Shown: in pieces, positions 50,430-58,468 of the stretch
Numbering within the stretch: position 1 is the first letter of the stretch
Layout of the letters: every line of letters begins with the position of its first letter
Source: an uncultured Candidatus Saccharibacteria bacterium
GTDB taxonomy: Bacteria > Patescibacteriota > Minisyncoccia > Phycocordibacterales > UBA6899
Reading direction: 5' to 3'
DNA length: 64,000 bases
NCBI GenBank assembly: GCA_964469335.1
Contig: CAYXYK010000001.1
Coordinates: forward strand, 235,976-299,975
Program-made: the position numbers and the translations under genes
The notes under the pieces: model-generated
Seen by the model: the letters and a program-made list of their open reading frames with translations, nothing else
The model's database searches: none
What the model was told of the DNA's origin: nothing

Positions 50430-50792
50430 TCAGCCGAAGGTGACCTGAAAGCGGAACTCCACTTGCGAGTTGCGGACATCCGCCTTGATGGTGACGATGT
50501 CTGCCCATGCCTTCGCGAGTCCGTCGACCATGCTCCGCACCTTGCGACCGGAGGTGAGGCCGTACTCGCCGAGCGAGTAGGTACCGATGTGGCGTCCGTA
50601 AGTGAACAAGTTGTCAATCAAGTCGACATGTTCGAAGAACTCGTTCCAGTCCGGCGGAGCAGCTGCCCTGAGTTCAGCCTTGCGGGGAGCATCGTTCTTG
50701 GCAATTGATGCCAGTTCTTGTTGGAATCGCTCGAGCGAACCTGCGCGGCCGCAGATCGATGCGGCGATGCAGCCGCGGTAGAGGTGGGTCAT
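50430..50792 (-). CDS. hypothetical protein (120 aa)
   Basis: start trimmed to MTHLYRG preceded by AAGGAG RBS; no family recognised. Confidence 0.45.
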   Translation of the reverse strand: MTHLYRGCIAASICGRAGSLERFQQELASIAKNDAPRKAELRAAAPPDWNEFFEHVDLIDNLFTYGRHIGTYSLGEYGLTSGRKVRSMVDGLAKAWADIVTIKADVRNSQVEFRFQVTFG

Positions 50793-50814
50793 TGCTTCTC
50801 CTTGAATTTGAAGA

Positions 50815-51270
50815 TCAGGGTGAGGCCCGCTTGCGAGGACGGACGTTGGGAGCGTTCTCGCCGCAATAGACCTCCGTTGCCGATCCTTCGCGCTTTGCGA
50901 ACAGTTCGAAGAACAGGATGTCCTGACCGTTGTCGCCGATGGTGACGGTGACGCGGTAGCCGGTCCAGCCATGCTTTTCGACGCCGATGATGTCAGCAAA
51001 AAGTGCCATCAGCTGTGCGTCGTTGTTCCTCTCGTTTCGCACCCAGTCGGTGAGATGGCGGTCGCCGTCCTCGCCGGTGTGTTGCATGAGGATGCTGCGC
51101 CACTGGTCGAGGTCGTGGTCCATCGCGCGGTCGCTGTAGCGCGAGGCGCGTCCCTCATCGTCTTCGTAGTCGAGAGGGAACTGGAACTGCCGAAGCAGCA
51201 TGTGGTTGGCATCCCCACGCGAGCCGAGGCGGCTGAAGTCGTGGGGTTCTGCGGGGTACATTCGTGCCAT
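50815..51270 (-). CDS. hypothetical protein (151 aa)
   Basis: ORF track; stop lies 22 bp upstream of next gene start; no family recognised. Confidence 0.45.
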   Translation of the reverse strand: MARMYPAEPHDFSRLGSRGDANHMLLRQFQFPLDYEDDEGRASRYSDRAMDHDLDQWRSILMQHTGEDGDRHLTDWVRNERNNDAQLMALFADIIGVEKHGWTGYRVTVTIGDNGQDILFFELFAKREGSATEVYCGENAPNVRPRKRASP

Positions 51271-51361
51271 GTCGGGCCTCCGTTGTCGGTTGTTTCCGTT
51301 TTGTATTCTGCCTTAACTTTTGGTTTTGTCAATACCATATTGTGCCAGTATACGTTCACAG

Positions 51362-51398
51362 AAAAAACGCACCCCGCGACGCGTATGCGTGCGGGGTG
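51362..51398 (-). terminator. palindromic terminator, copy 2 (AAAAACGCACCCCGCGACGCGTATGCGTGCGGGGTG)
   Basis: near-identical to copy 1; follows 3' end of gene 51404-51868. Confidence 0.6.
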
Positions 51399-51403
51399 TG
51401 GGT

Positions 51404-51868
51404 CTAGTGTCTCCAGTTGAGGACACGACCGCGGAAGGTATCCCTGGTCCTTCCGGTAAAGAGTTCGATGTGGCGGGAAGCGATGGTGAAGGTGAGTCCG
51501 AGTAGCGAGAAGCAGAGGACCGTGCGGTGGGTGATCCTGCCAAAATATGAGATCGTATGCCGCTCAGTGAAACCGAGTTGGTACATCGGTGCATATTCGA
51601 TCGCGACGCTCGTGAGGTCGACACGTGAGACGTGCTGAATAGCGATGACACCCTCGTGTTGTCGCCAGAGATTGAATTGCCCGACACGCACGACGGCATC
51701 GTCGAGCCATAGGTTCTCGAGTCGCCTTGCTTTTCTTCGTTCACGACGATATTTGCTGGCGACTTTTCTCCCGGCGAATGCGGCAATGATCTGCGCTCCT
51801 GCTTCGGTGTCCGCACCTTCGCTCTCGATCATGCGGACGACGGCACTATTCATCAGCATCAGGTTCAT
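51404..51868 (-). CDS. hypothetical protein (154 aa)
   Basis: ORF track; no family recognised. Confidence 0.4.
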   Translation of the reverse strand: MNLMLMNSAVVRMIESEGADTEAGAQIIAAFAGRKVASKYRRERRKARRLENLWLDDAVVRVGQFNLWRQHEGVIAIQHVSRVDLTSVAIEYAPMYQLGFTERHTISYFGRITHRTVLCFSLLGLTFTIASRHIELFTGRTRDTFRGRVLNWRH

Positions 51869-51986
51869 GGGAACTCCCTGTAAAGTTCAGCTGTGCTCAC
51901 CTTACCACCCATAAAAAGGTCCGCAACTCAGGTGACTCGCCATGTTGTGTACGGTATGCTAGCCTCAAGTCAGAAAGGAGCTCGGC

Positions 51987-52220
51987 ATGAAAATGGGATT
52001 ACACACCGAAAAGGGAAGATTCGTCTTCAGTGCAGGCAAGAGTCAAAATGTCGACGACGGCCTGCGAAGAATATCATCACCGAGTTCGATACTCGGTCTT
52101 GCGGTACTTGCGCAGCAGCACACTACCGCGCAGGAGTTCGTACTTTCGTCGGGGGAGAAGTTCGAGTGCCCGTCAAAAGAACATGTGCTCGCACTTGCCA
52201 TCCGCATGATCTATGCTTGA
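51987..52220 (+). CDS. small hypothetical protein (77 aa)
   Basis: AAGGAG 6 nt upstream of ATG 51987. Confidence 0.4.
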   Translation: MKMGLHTEKGRFVFSAGKSQNVDDGLRRISSPSSILGLAVLAQQHTTAQEFVLSSGEKFECPSKEHVLALAIRMIYA

Positions 52221-52279
52221 CGCAACCCACTGCAAGCATAGGATAGAAATGTTCCGTTCAACCACCGAAGGAGACCGAC

Positions 52280-52459
52280 ATGCCGCACGCAGTTGCCAGT
52301 GTGAAGGAAGAACGCCAGCTCGCGTTCGAGAGGGCGAAGGAGGGAATTGACCCCGCAATCGTCGATCGCATCATGAAGGGACTCCCGGTCCCAGGCGACT
52401 CGTCCGGCCGACTGCTCGTCCTGCGCCAAGCCTGGGCCGCATATCGCGACTGCCTGTAG
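52280..52459 (+). CDS. small hypothetical protein (59 aa, below ORF-track cutoff)
   Basis: manual translation MPHAVASVKEERQLAFERAKEGIDPAIVDRIMKGLPVPGDSSGRLLVLRQAWAAYRDCL; GGAG RBS; terminator CACCCGC...GCGGGTG + T8 at 52460-52505. Confidence 0.4.
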   Translation: MPHAVASVKEERQLAFERAKEGIDPAIVDRIMKGLPVPGDSSGRLLVLRQAWAAYRDCL

Positions 52460-52565
52460 TCGCTGCAGCACCCGCCTCCTCGAGAGAGCGGGTGTGTTTT
52501 TTTTGTATAGATAACAGCATGACCCCGTGTGGGGGCATGCTGTTATCTGCTCTTCACTATATTTC

Positions 52566-52754
52566 CTACGGACGCATGCTGTCGGTGAGTGCGCGGCGTC
52601 GCTCAGAGATCTCCTTAGCACGCTTCTTGAGCCTTTCCCCGTAACCGGTCGCTCTCCCCAGCTCTTTGTCCAAAAGGAGATACCTGTGTTCTTCGCTCAC
52701 TCGTTCGAAAGCGCCACCGTCTTCTGCATTACTTGTGATGATACTCTTTGTCAT
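52566..52754 (-). CDS. small charged protein, paralog 1 of a 3-member tandem family
   Basis: MTKSIITSNAEDGGAFERVSEEHRYLLLDKELGRATGYGERLKKRAKEISERRRALTDSMRP; conserved leader TATTATCATTCATACACCCACAGT directly precedes the ATG. Confidence 0.45.
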   Translation of the reverse strand: MTKSIITSNAEDGGAFERVSEEHRYLLLDKELGRATGYGERLKKRAKEISERRRALTDSMRP

Positions 52755-53020
52755 ACTGTGGGTGTATGAATGATAATATCGAGCATACAACAGTGATGAT
52801 GAAAAAATTGTGAAACGGTTCAGGCAAGTAGGCGTTTCGCGAGTGTTCGTGCGTCGCGTCCTTGCTTCGCTGCACTTTCTGCGCGTTCGGCTCGAGCATG
52901 TTCGTCCTTCTCAGATTGCTGTCTCTTCCCGATCGCTATTTGTGCTTCACGCTCTTCATGGTCATGTGTTTCCCGGAGCAATTGCTCAGATGTTTTTGTG
53001 GCAAGCATACTTGGGAGCTA

Positions 53021-53183
53021 GGGACGCAAACTCAGCGTCAATGCCTTCCGTCGGTGTTCTATCTCTTTTGCATGCTCCTTCATCTGTATCTGATAACTCT
53101 TGGTGAACTCAAGACTACGTTCAGATAGTCTCCGCATCTGTTCTCTCTGTTCTTCTCCCCCCGAACTCTTTTTTATATACATA
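53021..53183 (-). CDS. small charged protein, paralog 2 (54 aa, below ORF-track cutoff)
   Basis: manual translation MYIKKSSGGEEQREQMRRLSERSLEFTKSYQIQMKEHAKEIEHRRKALTLSLRP; same leader sequence upstream; C-terminus HAKEIEHRRKALTLSLRP parallels paralog 1. Confidence 0.4.
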
Positions 53184-53260
53184 CCTGTGGGTGTATGAAT
53201 GAATAATATCCGGACATGATACCGAAGCTTGGTGAAAGAAAAATGAAATGCACGCTGCGT

Positions 53261-53617
53261 TCACTTGGTGTGTCCTGCCGTACGCCGGTGTTCCAATTCC
53301 TTCTCATGTTCACTCACATGCATCTGGTGGGTCAGTTCCGCCTCTTCCGCACGTTCCTTATGTATCCGAGCGCTCTCTTTCAGTAGCTCGTCATGCTCTT
53401 TTTCGAATCCCTCATCCCGCTCCTCCTTAGCTCGGCTGGTCGCGCTTCTCTGCTCGCTGTCCGCTTCCGCTGTCCGCTCTTTCTTCTCCCGACCTTCGTT
53501 CTCTTTTGCTCTGCGACTATCTCCGCGTGCAACCTCTTCTTCTCGGGCAACTCGTGCGCGACTTTTCTCGGCGAGTAGCCGTTCTTCAGTCGCTCTTACT
53601 TCGGTTTTTGTAGACAT
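53261..53617 (-). CDS. charged K/E/R-rich protein, paralog 3 (118 aa)
   Basis: C-terminus EHEKELEHRRTAGHTK related to paralogs 1/2; upstream ATTATTCATATCC resembles the shared leader. Confidence 0.45.
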   Translation of the reverse strand: MSTKTEVRATEERLLAEKSRARVAREEEVARGDSRRAKENEGREKKERTAEADSEQRSATSRAKEERDEGFEKEHDELLKESARIHKERAEEAELTHQMHVSEHEKELEHRRTAGHTK

Positions 53618-53628
53618 GGATATGAATA

Positions 53629-53976
53629 ATGGATAATGACCCCATCATAGCGAGCCTGAGTGAGGAGAAAGTGAGTGAAGCTTCTTCATACCTTGTGCTT
53701 TCTGTCGCGAGGCGTAGCATGAGTGGGTCCTTCAAGGAGAAGACCATGTTGCTCTTTTCACGACTCATCGTGCATTTGCTCCCGGCTCCGAACATCATGA
53801 CCGCCCCGAATGCTCTATACCCTCGTCTCTACGACTCTTGCATGAGCGAAGTGGTGCGCTGGCACCGGTCGTGCCTCGCCCGCCTCATCTTCGAGTATCC
53901 GCTCGAGGAAGCCGACCGTGCGATTTCCGCGCATAGATTCCCGGATATGGAAGAGCGGCACCTCTCGCTCTCGTGA
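53629..53976 (+). CDS. hypothetical protein
   Basis: ORF track; terminator GCTCTTC-TC-GAAGAGC + T-run at 53985-54020. Confidence 0.4.
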   Translation: MDNDPIIASLSEEKVSEASSYLVLSVARRSMSGSFKEKTMLLFSRLIVHLLPAPNIMTAPNALYPRLYDSCMSEVVRWHRSCLARLIFEYPLEEADRAISAHRFPDMEERHLSLS

Positions 53977-54039
53977 ACCGAAATGACAAAGAGCTCTTCT
54001 CGAAGAGCCCTTTTTGTTTCATTCGTCTTATGAAGAGAT

Positions 54040-54072
54040 AAAACGAACCCCGCACTCATGTGGTGCGGGGTG
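54040..54072 (-). terminator. palindromic terminator, copy 3 (variant: AAAACGAACCCCGCACTCATGTGGTGCGGGGTG)
   Basis: same AAAACG-ACCCCGC...GCGGGGTG architecture; follows 3' end of gene 54085-54285. Confidence 0.55.
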
Positions 54073-54084
54073 TATGGCTCCAGA

Positions 54085-54285
54085 TCAGCCGATCTTGGTG
54101 CCTTCTGGGCTGTAGACGTGGGCGATGATGCCTTGGCTGAGGAGGTCCTTCGCGAGCGTACGAGCCGCTTCTTCCGTTTCTTTGGTGGGGACACAGAGTC
54201 TCCCTTCTCCGTCCTCATCCCTGTATGCGACAGAGAATTGTCCAGGATTGGTCACTGCATCTTTCGGGGGTTCGGTCCAAGCCAT
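54085..54285 (-). CDS. small hypothetical protein (66 aa)
   Basis: ORF track. Confidence 0.4.
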   Translation of the reverse strand: MAWTEPPKDAVTNPGQFSVAYRDEDGEGRLCVPTKETEEAARTLAKDLLSQGIIAHVYSPEGTKIG

Positions 54286-54447
54286 GCCGGGTTCTCCTTG
54301 TAAAATCCTTTTTCATTTTCTTCGAATTTCACTCCGTGTCAATGTGAAACTTCCCGCCGCGGCGTTACAGGGGAATCATTCTTGAGTTATTCCCTTCGTC
54401 ATGTTTGGATGTACAAGGATTATTCATGTTCACCTGAAGGGGAAATC

Positions 54448-54657
54448 ATGGGATATGATCTCAATCAGTCGTCGGTCCTGAGTCGTCGGCTGTCTCAAAA
54501 GTCGACCGTGCAGCGAGACATCAGTCCATATGACCTTTCTGCGGTCGCCGCTGCAGCTAGAGCACTTGCGGCGCGGCCCGATCCGCCGCCTCAGCTTGAG
54601 AGTCTCTATGATCTCGACACCATCGCCCGCATCGATCGCCATTTTGGTCGCCGCTAG
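54448..54657 (+). CDS. small hypothetical protein
   Basis: start trimmed to MGYDLNQ; terminator GGGAGC-ATCC-GCTCCC + T-run at 54650-54690. Confidence 0.35.
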   Translation: MGYDLNQSSVLSRRLSQKSTVQRDISPYDLSAVAAAARALAARPDPPPQLESLYDLDTIARIDRHFGRR

Positions 54658-54767
54658 AAAAGGGAGCATCCGCTCCCTTTATTTCTTGCACGAGTATTAT
54701 TGACATAAATCAATAATACCGTATAATATACAAAGCTGTATCCCTTGGATCCCTGAAAGGAATCACC

Positions 54768-55145
54768 ATGAAAGTCGTTCTTGTTGCTGAGGATCATCCG
54801 GTCGTCCGGGTCACCCTTGTCGCCCTGCTCGAGACATTCGGCATCTTTACGGTCGTTGCTGTCGAGAACGGTAAGAAAGCGTTGGAGTACCTCGAAACAC
54901 TCCCGCCGCATGTCACGAAGACCCTCCTCATCACCGACTGGGACATGCCGGAGATGACCGGCATCGAGCTGGTGCAGGCTATCCGTGCCGATGCTCGCCT
55001 CATGAGGACGCCGATCATCATGACCAGCAGCCGGACGCCGGAAGAGATCGCCTCTGCCCTTTCGCTAGGGGTGGATGCCTTCATCGACAAGCCTGCCCCG
55101 ACCGATCAGCTCGAAGACCTCGTTCATCGCTATCTCGATTCGTGA
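54768..55145 (+). CDS. orphan single-domain response regulator (receiver only)
   Basis: VLVAEDHPVVR ... LLITDWDMPEMTGIEL ... FIDKP; terminator CACGCGCCC-TCG-GGCGCGTG + T-run at 55153-55185. Confidence 0.8.
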   Translation: MKVVLVAEDHPVVRVTLVALLETFGIFTVVAVENGKKALEYLETLPPHVTKTLLITDWDMPEMTGIELVQAIRADARLMRTPIIMTSSRTPEEIASALSLGVDAFIDKPAPTDQLEDLVHRYLDS

Positions 55146-55243
55146 ATCTCTGACACGCGCCCTCGGGCGCGTGTTCCTTTTTATATTGACAGTACCCACC
55201 GAAAAGCACACTATAAAAATGGATCAATTACTTTGGAGGCTCT

Positions 55244-55609
55244 ATGAGCAATATCAGGATACTCATCGTCGACGATGACAAAGTGTTCCGCGATGCCGCT
55301 GCGAAGTGGCTCGCAAGAGAAGGCTTCGAAGACGTCAGCGTTCTTGGGAATGCGATATCCGCCCTCGAGCGTATCGCCGTCGATGGCGACTATGACCTCC
55401 TCATCACCGACTTCAACATGCCGGAGATGACCGGAGTGCAACTGATCGAACGAGTGCGCTCGCTCGGACGGATCGAACCTCCCAAGTTCATCGTAATGAG
55501 TGCCGGGAAGAATTCCGAGGTCGCACTTCGTGGCGGTGCAGATCGGTTCTTCTCCAAGCTGACACCACTCGACGAGCTGTCTATGGCAATCGCGGAGTTG
55601 TTCCCATGA
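55244..55609 (+). CDS. orphan single-domain response regulator (receiver only)
   Basis: ILIVDDDKVFRD ... LLITDFNMPEMTGVQL ... FFSKL; terminator at 55625-55665. Confidence 0.8.
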   Translation: MSNIRILIVDDDKVFRDAAAKWLAREGFEDVSVLGNAISALERIAVDGDYDLLITDFNMPEMTGVQLIERVRSLGRIEPPKFIVMSAGKNSEVALRGGADRFFSKLTPLDELSMAIAELFP

Positions 55610-55653
55610 TACTTGTCGGAAAAGTGAAAGGCCCCCTTCTCAGGAAGGGGGCC

Positions 55654-56016
55654 TCATTGTTTCTCCTTCGTGTCGAACAGAAGGATTTGTCGTTGTGAAG
55701 GTGGAGGATCGCCGTGCTCTTCGAGCAGCGCGTAGAGGTGTGAAAGGTGAGCGATGCGCGTGAGCGGGTCCAAGATGTAGAGACTTGAGAACCGGTCGTA
55801 GGCGCGAATACGGCGGAGGACGAGGGACCGCGCATGGCCGGAGTCACCAACCCCGAGGGTCGGGTTCGCTCTTCGCCAAGCAAGTAATTCATCGAAGCTC
55901 AGACACTCCTCATTGAAAACACTGTTCTCTCGGTAGCTCCGTTCAAACAGCAATGCTACGCCAACGAGCATCGAAAGTGAGATCAGGCTCTGTATCGCGA
56001 CTGCCGGATGATCCAT
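55654..56016 (-). CDS. small hypothetical membrane protein
   Basis: ORF track; one TM helix. Confidence 0.4.
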   Translation of the reverse strand: MDHPAVAIQSLISLSMLVGVALLFERSYRENSVFNEECLSFDELLAWRRANPTLGVGDSGHARSLVLRRIRAYDRFSSLYILDPLTRIAHLSHLYALLEEHGDPPPSQRQILLFDTKEKQ

Positions 56017-56091
56017 GGGCTTCTCCAGGTTGAGGGAAGGGCGTCTGCTTATAGTTATGCCAAATTAGGGTATTTTGGCAAGGGGACGAGT

Positions 56092-56919
56092 ATGTCACGC
56101 GGGAGAAACGAGAGTGTTACAATGATCGCAATGAAGAAAACACTCAGCATCGGCGTGGGACTCCTCACTCTTATTATTATTCTCCTTATTGGCAAATGGG
56201 CGATGATTGGTCGCGATGCCGTGAGTGTAACCCCCCCGACTCCTTTGCCTGAGTCATCGCTCGCTTCATACAAAAATGATACGTTCGGTGTTTCTTTCTC
56301 ATATCCGAAAGCGATCACTCCGGAGACAGAGTTCAAGTCGTTCTACCACCTCAGTTCCGACTGGCGTGTGGGCGAGTCAGATGACGTGAGCGGAACACCT
56401 CTCGTCGCGATCCCGCTCTATCGCATCGATAATGGGGGAGTATATAAGAGCTACCCGATGTATTACTCCGCCGAGCTCCGCGTGGGAGTAAGTACGAGTA
56501 GTGTTGCCCTTGCCGAGTGTCTCACTGGAGGAAAGGAAAACAATCTCGAGTTAGGTGAAGGTCCGACCACCACGGTGATCAATGGCATCGAGTGGAAGAA
56601 AGTCCCCGTCGGCTCTGGTGGTATGATGCAGTTTCTATACGGGAACAGTTATCGCTTGATTCGAGGTGACACATGTATCACCGTCGAGACACTCAAGACG
56701 GGAAGTAACTATCGTGACACACCTTCACCCGAAGATATCTCCGATGTCGATCTCGAGTCGCACTATACTGCCCTCGATACCATCCTTGCAACTCTGCACG
56801 TCGATTTCACCGGAGTGCACTGCGGAGGCAATATCCGCACTGCACCGACATGTCCAAACGGATATCATTGCCAGCTCGGGACAATCCCAGACGTTGGCGG
56901 TAGTTGTGTCGCCGACTGA
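56092..56919 (+). CDS. hypothetical secreted/membrane-anchored protein with Cys-rich C-terminus
   Basis: start chosen at MSRGRNE after GGGGA RBS (alternatives 56119/56128); TM/signal TLSIGVGLLTLIIILLIG; C-terminal CGGNIRTAPTCPNGYHCQLGTIPDVGGSC. Confidence 0.5.
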   Translation: MSRGRNESVTMIAMKKTLSIGVGLLTLIIILLIGKWAMIGRDAVSVTPPTPLPESSLASYKNDTFGVSFSYPKAITPETEFKSFYHLSSDWRVGESDDVSGTPLVAIPLYRIDNGGVYKSYPMYYSAELRVGVSTSSVALAECLTGGKENNLELGEGPTTTVINGIEWKKVPVGSGGMMQFLYGNSYRLIRGDTCITVETLKTGSNYRDTPSPEDISDVDLESHYTALDTILATLHVDFTGVHCGGNIRTAPTCPNGYHCQLGTIPDVGGSCVAD

Positions 56920-56928
56920 ACCAAGATC

Positions 56929-57138
56929 ATGAAACATTTGAATGAACAGACAGAAGCAATAGCTCGTTCGATCAGCGATGCATCGCAGATGAAAGGGATA
57001 CAGTGGAATCGCGTCACCTGGTATTCATGGTGGCTTGCTATCATTCTTTTTTGTGTGGTCATTCCCGCACTCTCGTTCTATATCGGTGTGCAGTATGAGA
57101 TCACCAAAGAAGCTGCCCGCGAAGCACATGTAAGGTAA
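56929..57138 (+). CDS. small membrane protein (69 aa)
   Basis: ORF track; WYSWWLAIILFCVVIPALSFYIG helix. Confidence 0.4.
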   Translation: MKHLNEQTEAIARSISDASQMKGIQWNRVTWYSWWLAIILFCVVIPALSFYIGVQYEITKEAAREAHVR

Positions 57139-57211
57139 CTTGCATGAACGTATTTCCCGAGTAGAGTATTGAAGGAATAATTTTGTACGTTCTCAATGAA
57201 GAGGAGCCACC

Positions 57212-57610
57212 ATGGAGAAACATTCTCAAGTGCTTTTGGTCACAAGGAACAGACATGCCCGCCAAGCACTGGCGAGAAGGGTGTCAGCGATCGGACATGA
57301 AGTCATCGACGTGCACAGTGCCGCCACCGCATTCGACCTGCTCGTCGGAAGAGCATGCAACCCCGTGAAACCGCAGTTCGCCCTCGTCATCGTCGAGCGG
57401 GATTCTGTCGAGATTCCCGCGATCAGTCTGGTCGACGAGATGCGTAGTGGGGATCGGACCAACGCCATCCCTGTTCTGATCGTCGCACAGCGATTGACCG
57501 ACAGTGATCAAGTGGCGGCACATCGACTCGGGCACTGCCGGGTCATCAAGCACAGCTCAGACGACCGGGTGCTCCGTGCCGGGATCGGTTCCCTCACCGG
57601 AGTGAGATGA
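57212..57610 (+). CDS. degenerate receiver-like domain protein (pseudo-receiver)
   Basis: GAGGAG RBS; receiver-like layout (VLLVTRNRHA ... ALVIVERDSV ... VLIVAQ) but the N-terminal acidic pair is replaced by TRN. Confidence 0.55.
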   Translation: MEKHSQVLLVTRNRHARQALARRVSAIGHEVIDVHSAATAFDLLVGRACNPVKPQFALVIVERDSVEIPAISLVDEMRSGDRTNAIPVLIVAQRLTDSDQVAAHRLGHCRVIKHSSDDRVLRAGIGSLTGVR

Positions 57611-57701
57611 ATGAATGGCCGCGTCTTTGGATGCGGTCATGTTTTTTATAAAAAAGAACCCCGAGCACATGATCGTGTCGGGGGGGGGTGAGAATCGGTA
57701 C

Positions 57702-57977
57702 TCATGCTGCCTCAGCGGTTGCGGGCAGGTGCTTCCTGCGGAGGTGCAGGTAGGTACGTGCCGGACATTTGCCACCCTCTCCGCATGGATGGCCACCCTG
57801 AGCGGAGAGCGAGAACTCGCGGATCGCTGCACTGCAGTCGCATTTGTCGTTCGCGACCAGAGGACAATCCTTGGCGTCGCTGTAGGGAGTTCCTCTCCCG
57901 GTATCCTCCATGAAGATCGAATAGAACGTTTCCCTTGTCACCGCCATGGGAGCAATATGTGTCGCTCGACGGGGCAT
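57702..57977 (-). CDS. small Cys-containing hypothetical protein
   Basis: AAGGAG RBS before ATG 57977; CPLVANDKCDC ... HPCGEGGKCP; terminator at 57650-57695; competing overlapping ORFs rejected. Confidence 0.35.
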   Translation of the reverse strand: MPRRATHIAPMAVTRETFYSIFMEDTGRGTPYSDAKDCPLVANDKCDCSAAIREFSLSAQGGHPCGEGGKCPARTYLHLRRKHLPATAEAA

Positions 57978-58124
57978 GATCATCTCCTTGAAATGAAAGG
58001 TACAGAAAAAAAGGCGCTACCAGCGGGTAGCGCCTTTCCAGGTTGAGACATGTGTCTTCACTGGGATTCATTCTCTTCCTTTCGCTGTGTTGTGTAAAGT
58101 GAGTAGTGTGGACAAGATGGTGGC

Positions 58125-58343
58125 TCAATGAGTGAGTTTTCCGGTGATGGCGGTCTGCTCTATGAGCTGGACTTCCTGTTCGGGTTGGATGACCACTTTC
58201 GTCGGACGGGAGATGATCTTTCCAGTGCTGTCACCTCCGCGCACCTCGTCCACTCTTCCTTCGAAGGTCTTCCGGAAGAGCGGCGAACGGCCAGGTGACA
58301 ACACCGCAAAGATGTCACCGGTGCTCAGGTCTTTGTATCGCAT
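58125..58343 (-). CDS. small hypothetical protein (72 aa)
   Basis: AAGGGAG RBS 6 nt before ATG 58343; terminator GGCGCTACC-AGC-GGGTAGCGCC at 58003-58040 downstream. Confidence 0.45.
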   Translation of the reverse strand: MRYKDLSTGDIFAVLSPGRSPLFRKTFEGRVDEVRGGDSTGKIISRPTKVVIQPEQEVQLIEQTAITGKLTH

Positions 58344-58468
58344 GGCACACTCCCTTAGGTTGGACTCGGCTCATCTTATTCAGAATGACGGGCTCGTCAA
58401 ATACCTGTTTCTTTTTGCTGATGTGCGGCGTTATAATTGCATACAACTTATTCCATTCATTTTCACCA

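Noticed and set aside
57615-58128. Overlapping ORFs 57615-58046 (+) and 57712-58128 (-)
   Set aside because: They are mutually exclusive with the shorter minus ORF 57702-57977. That ORF has an AAGGAG RBS and a downstream terminator. The longer ORFs have no RBS and arbitrary composition.
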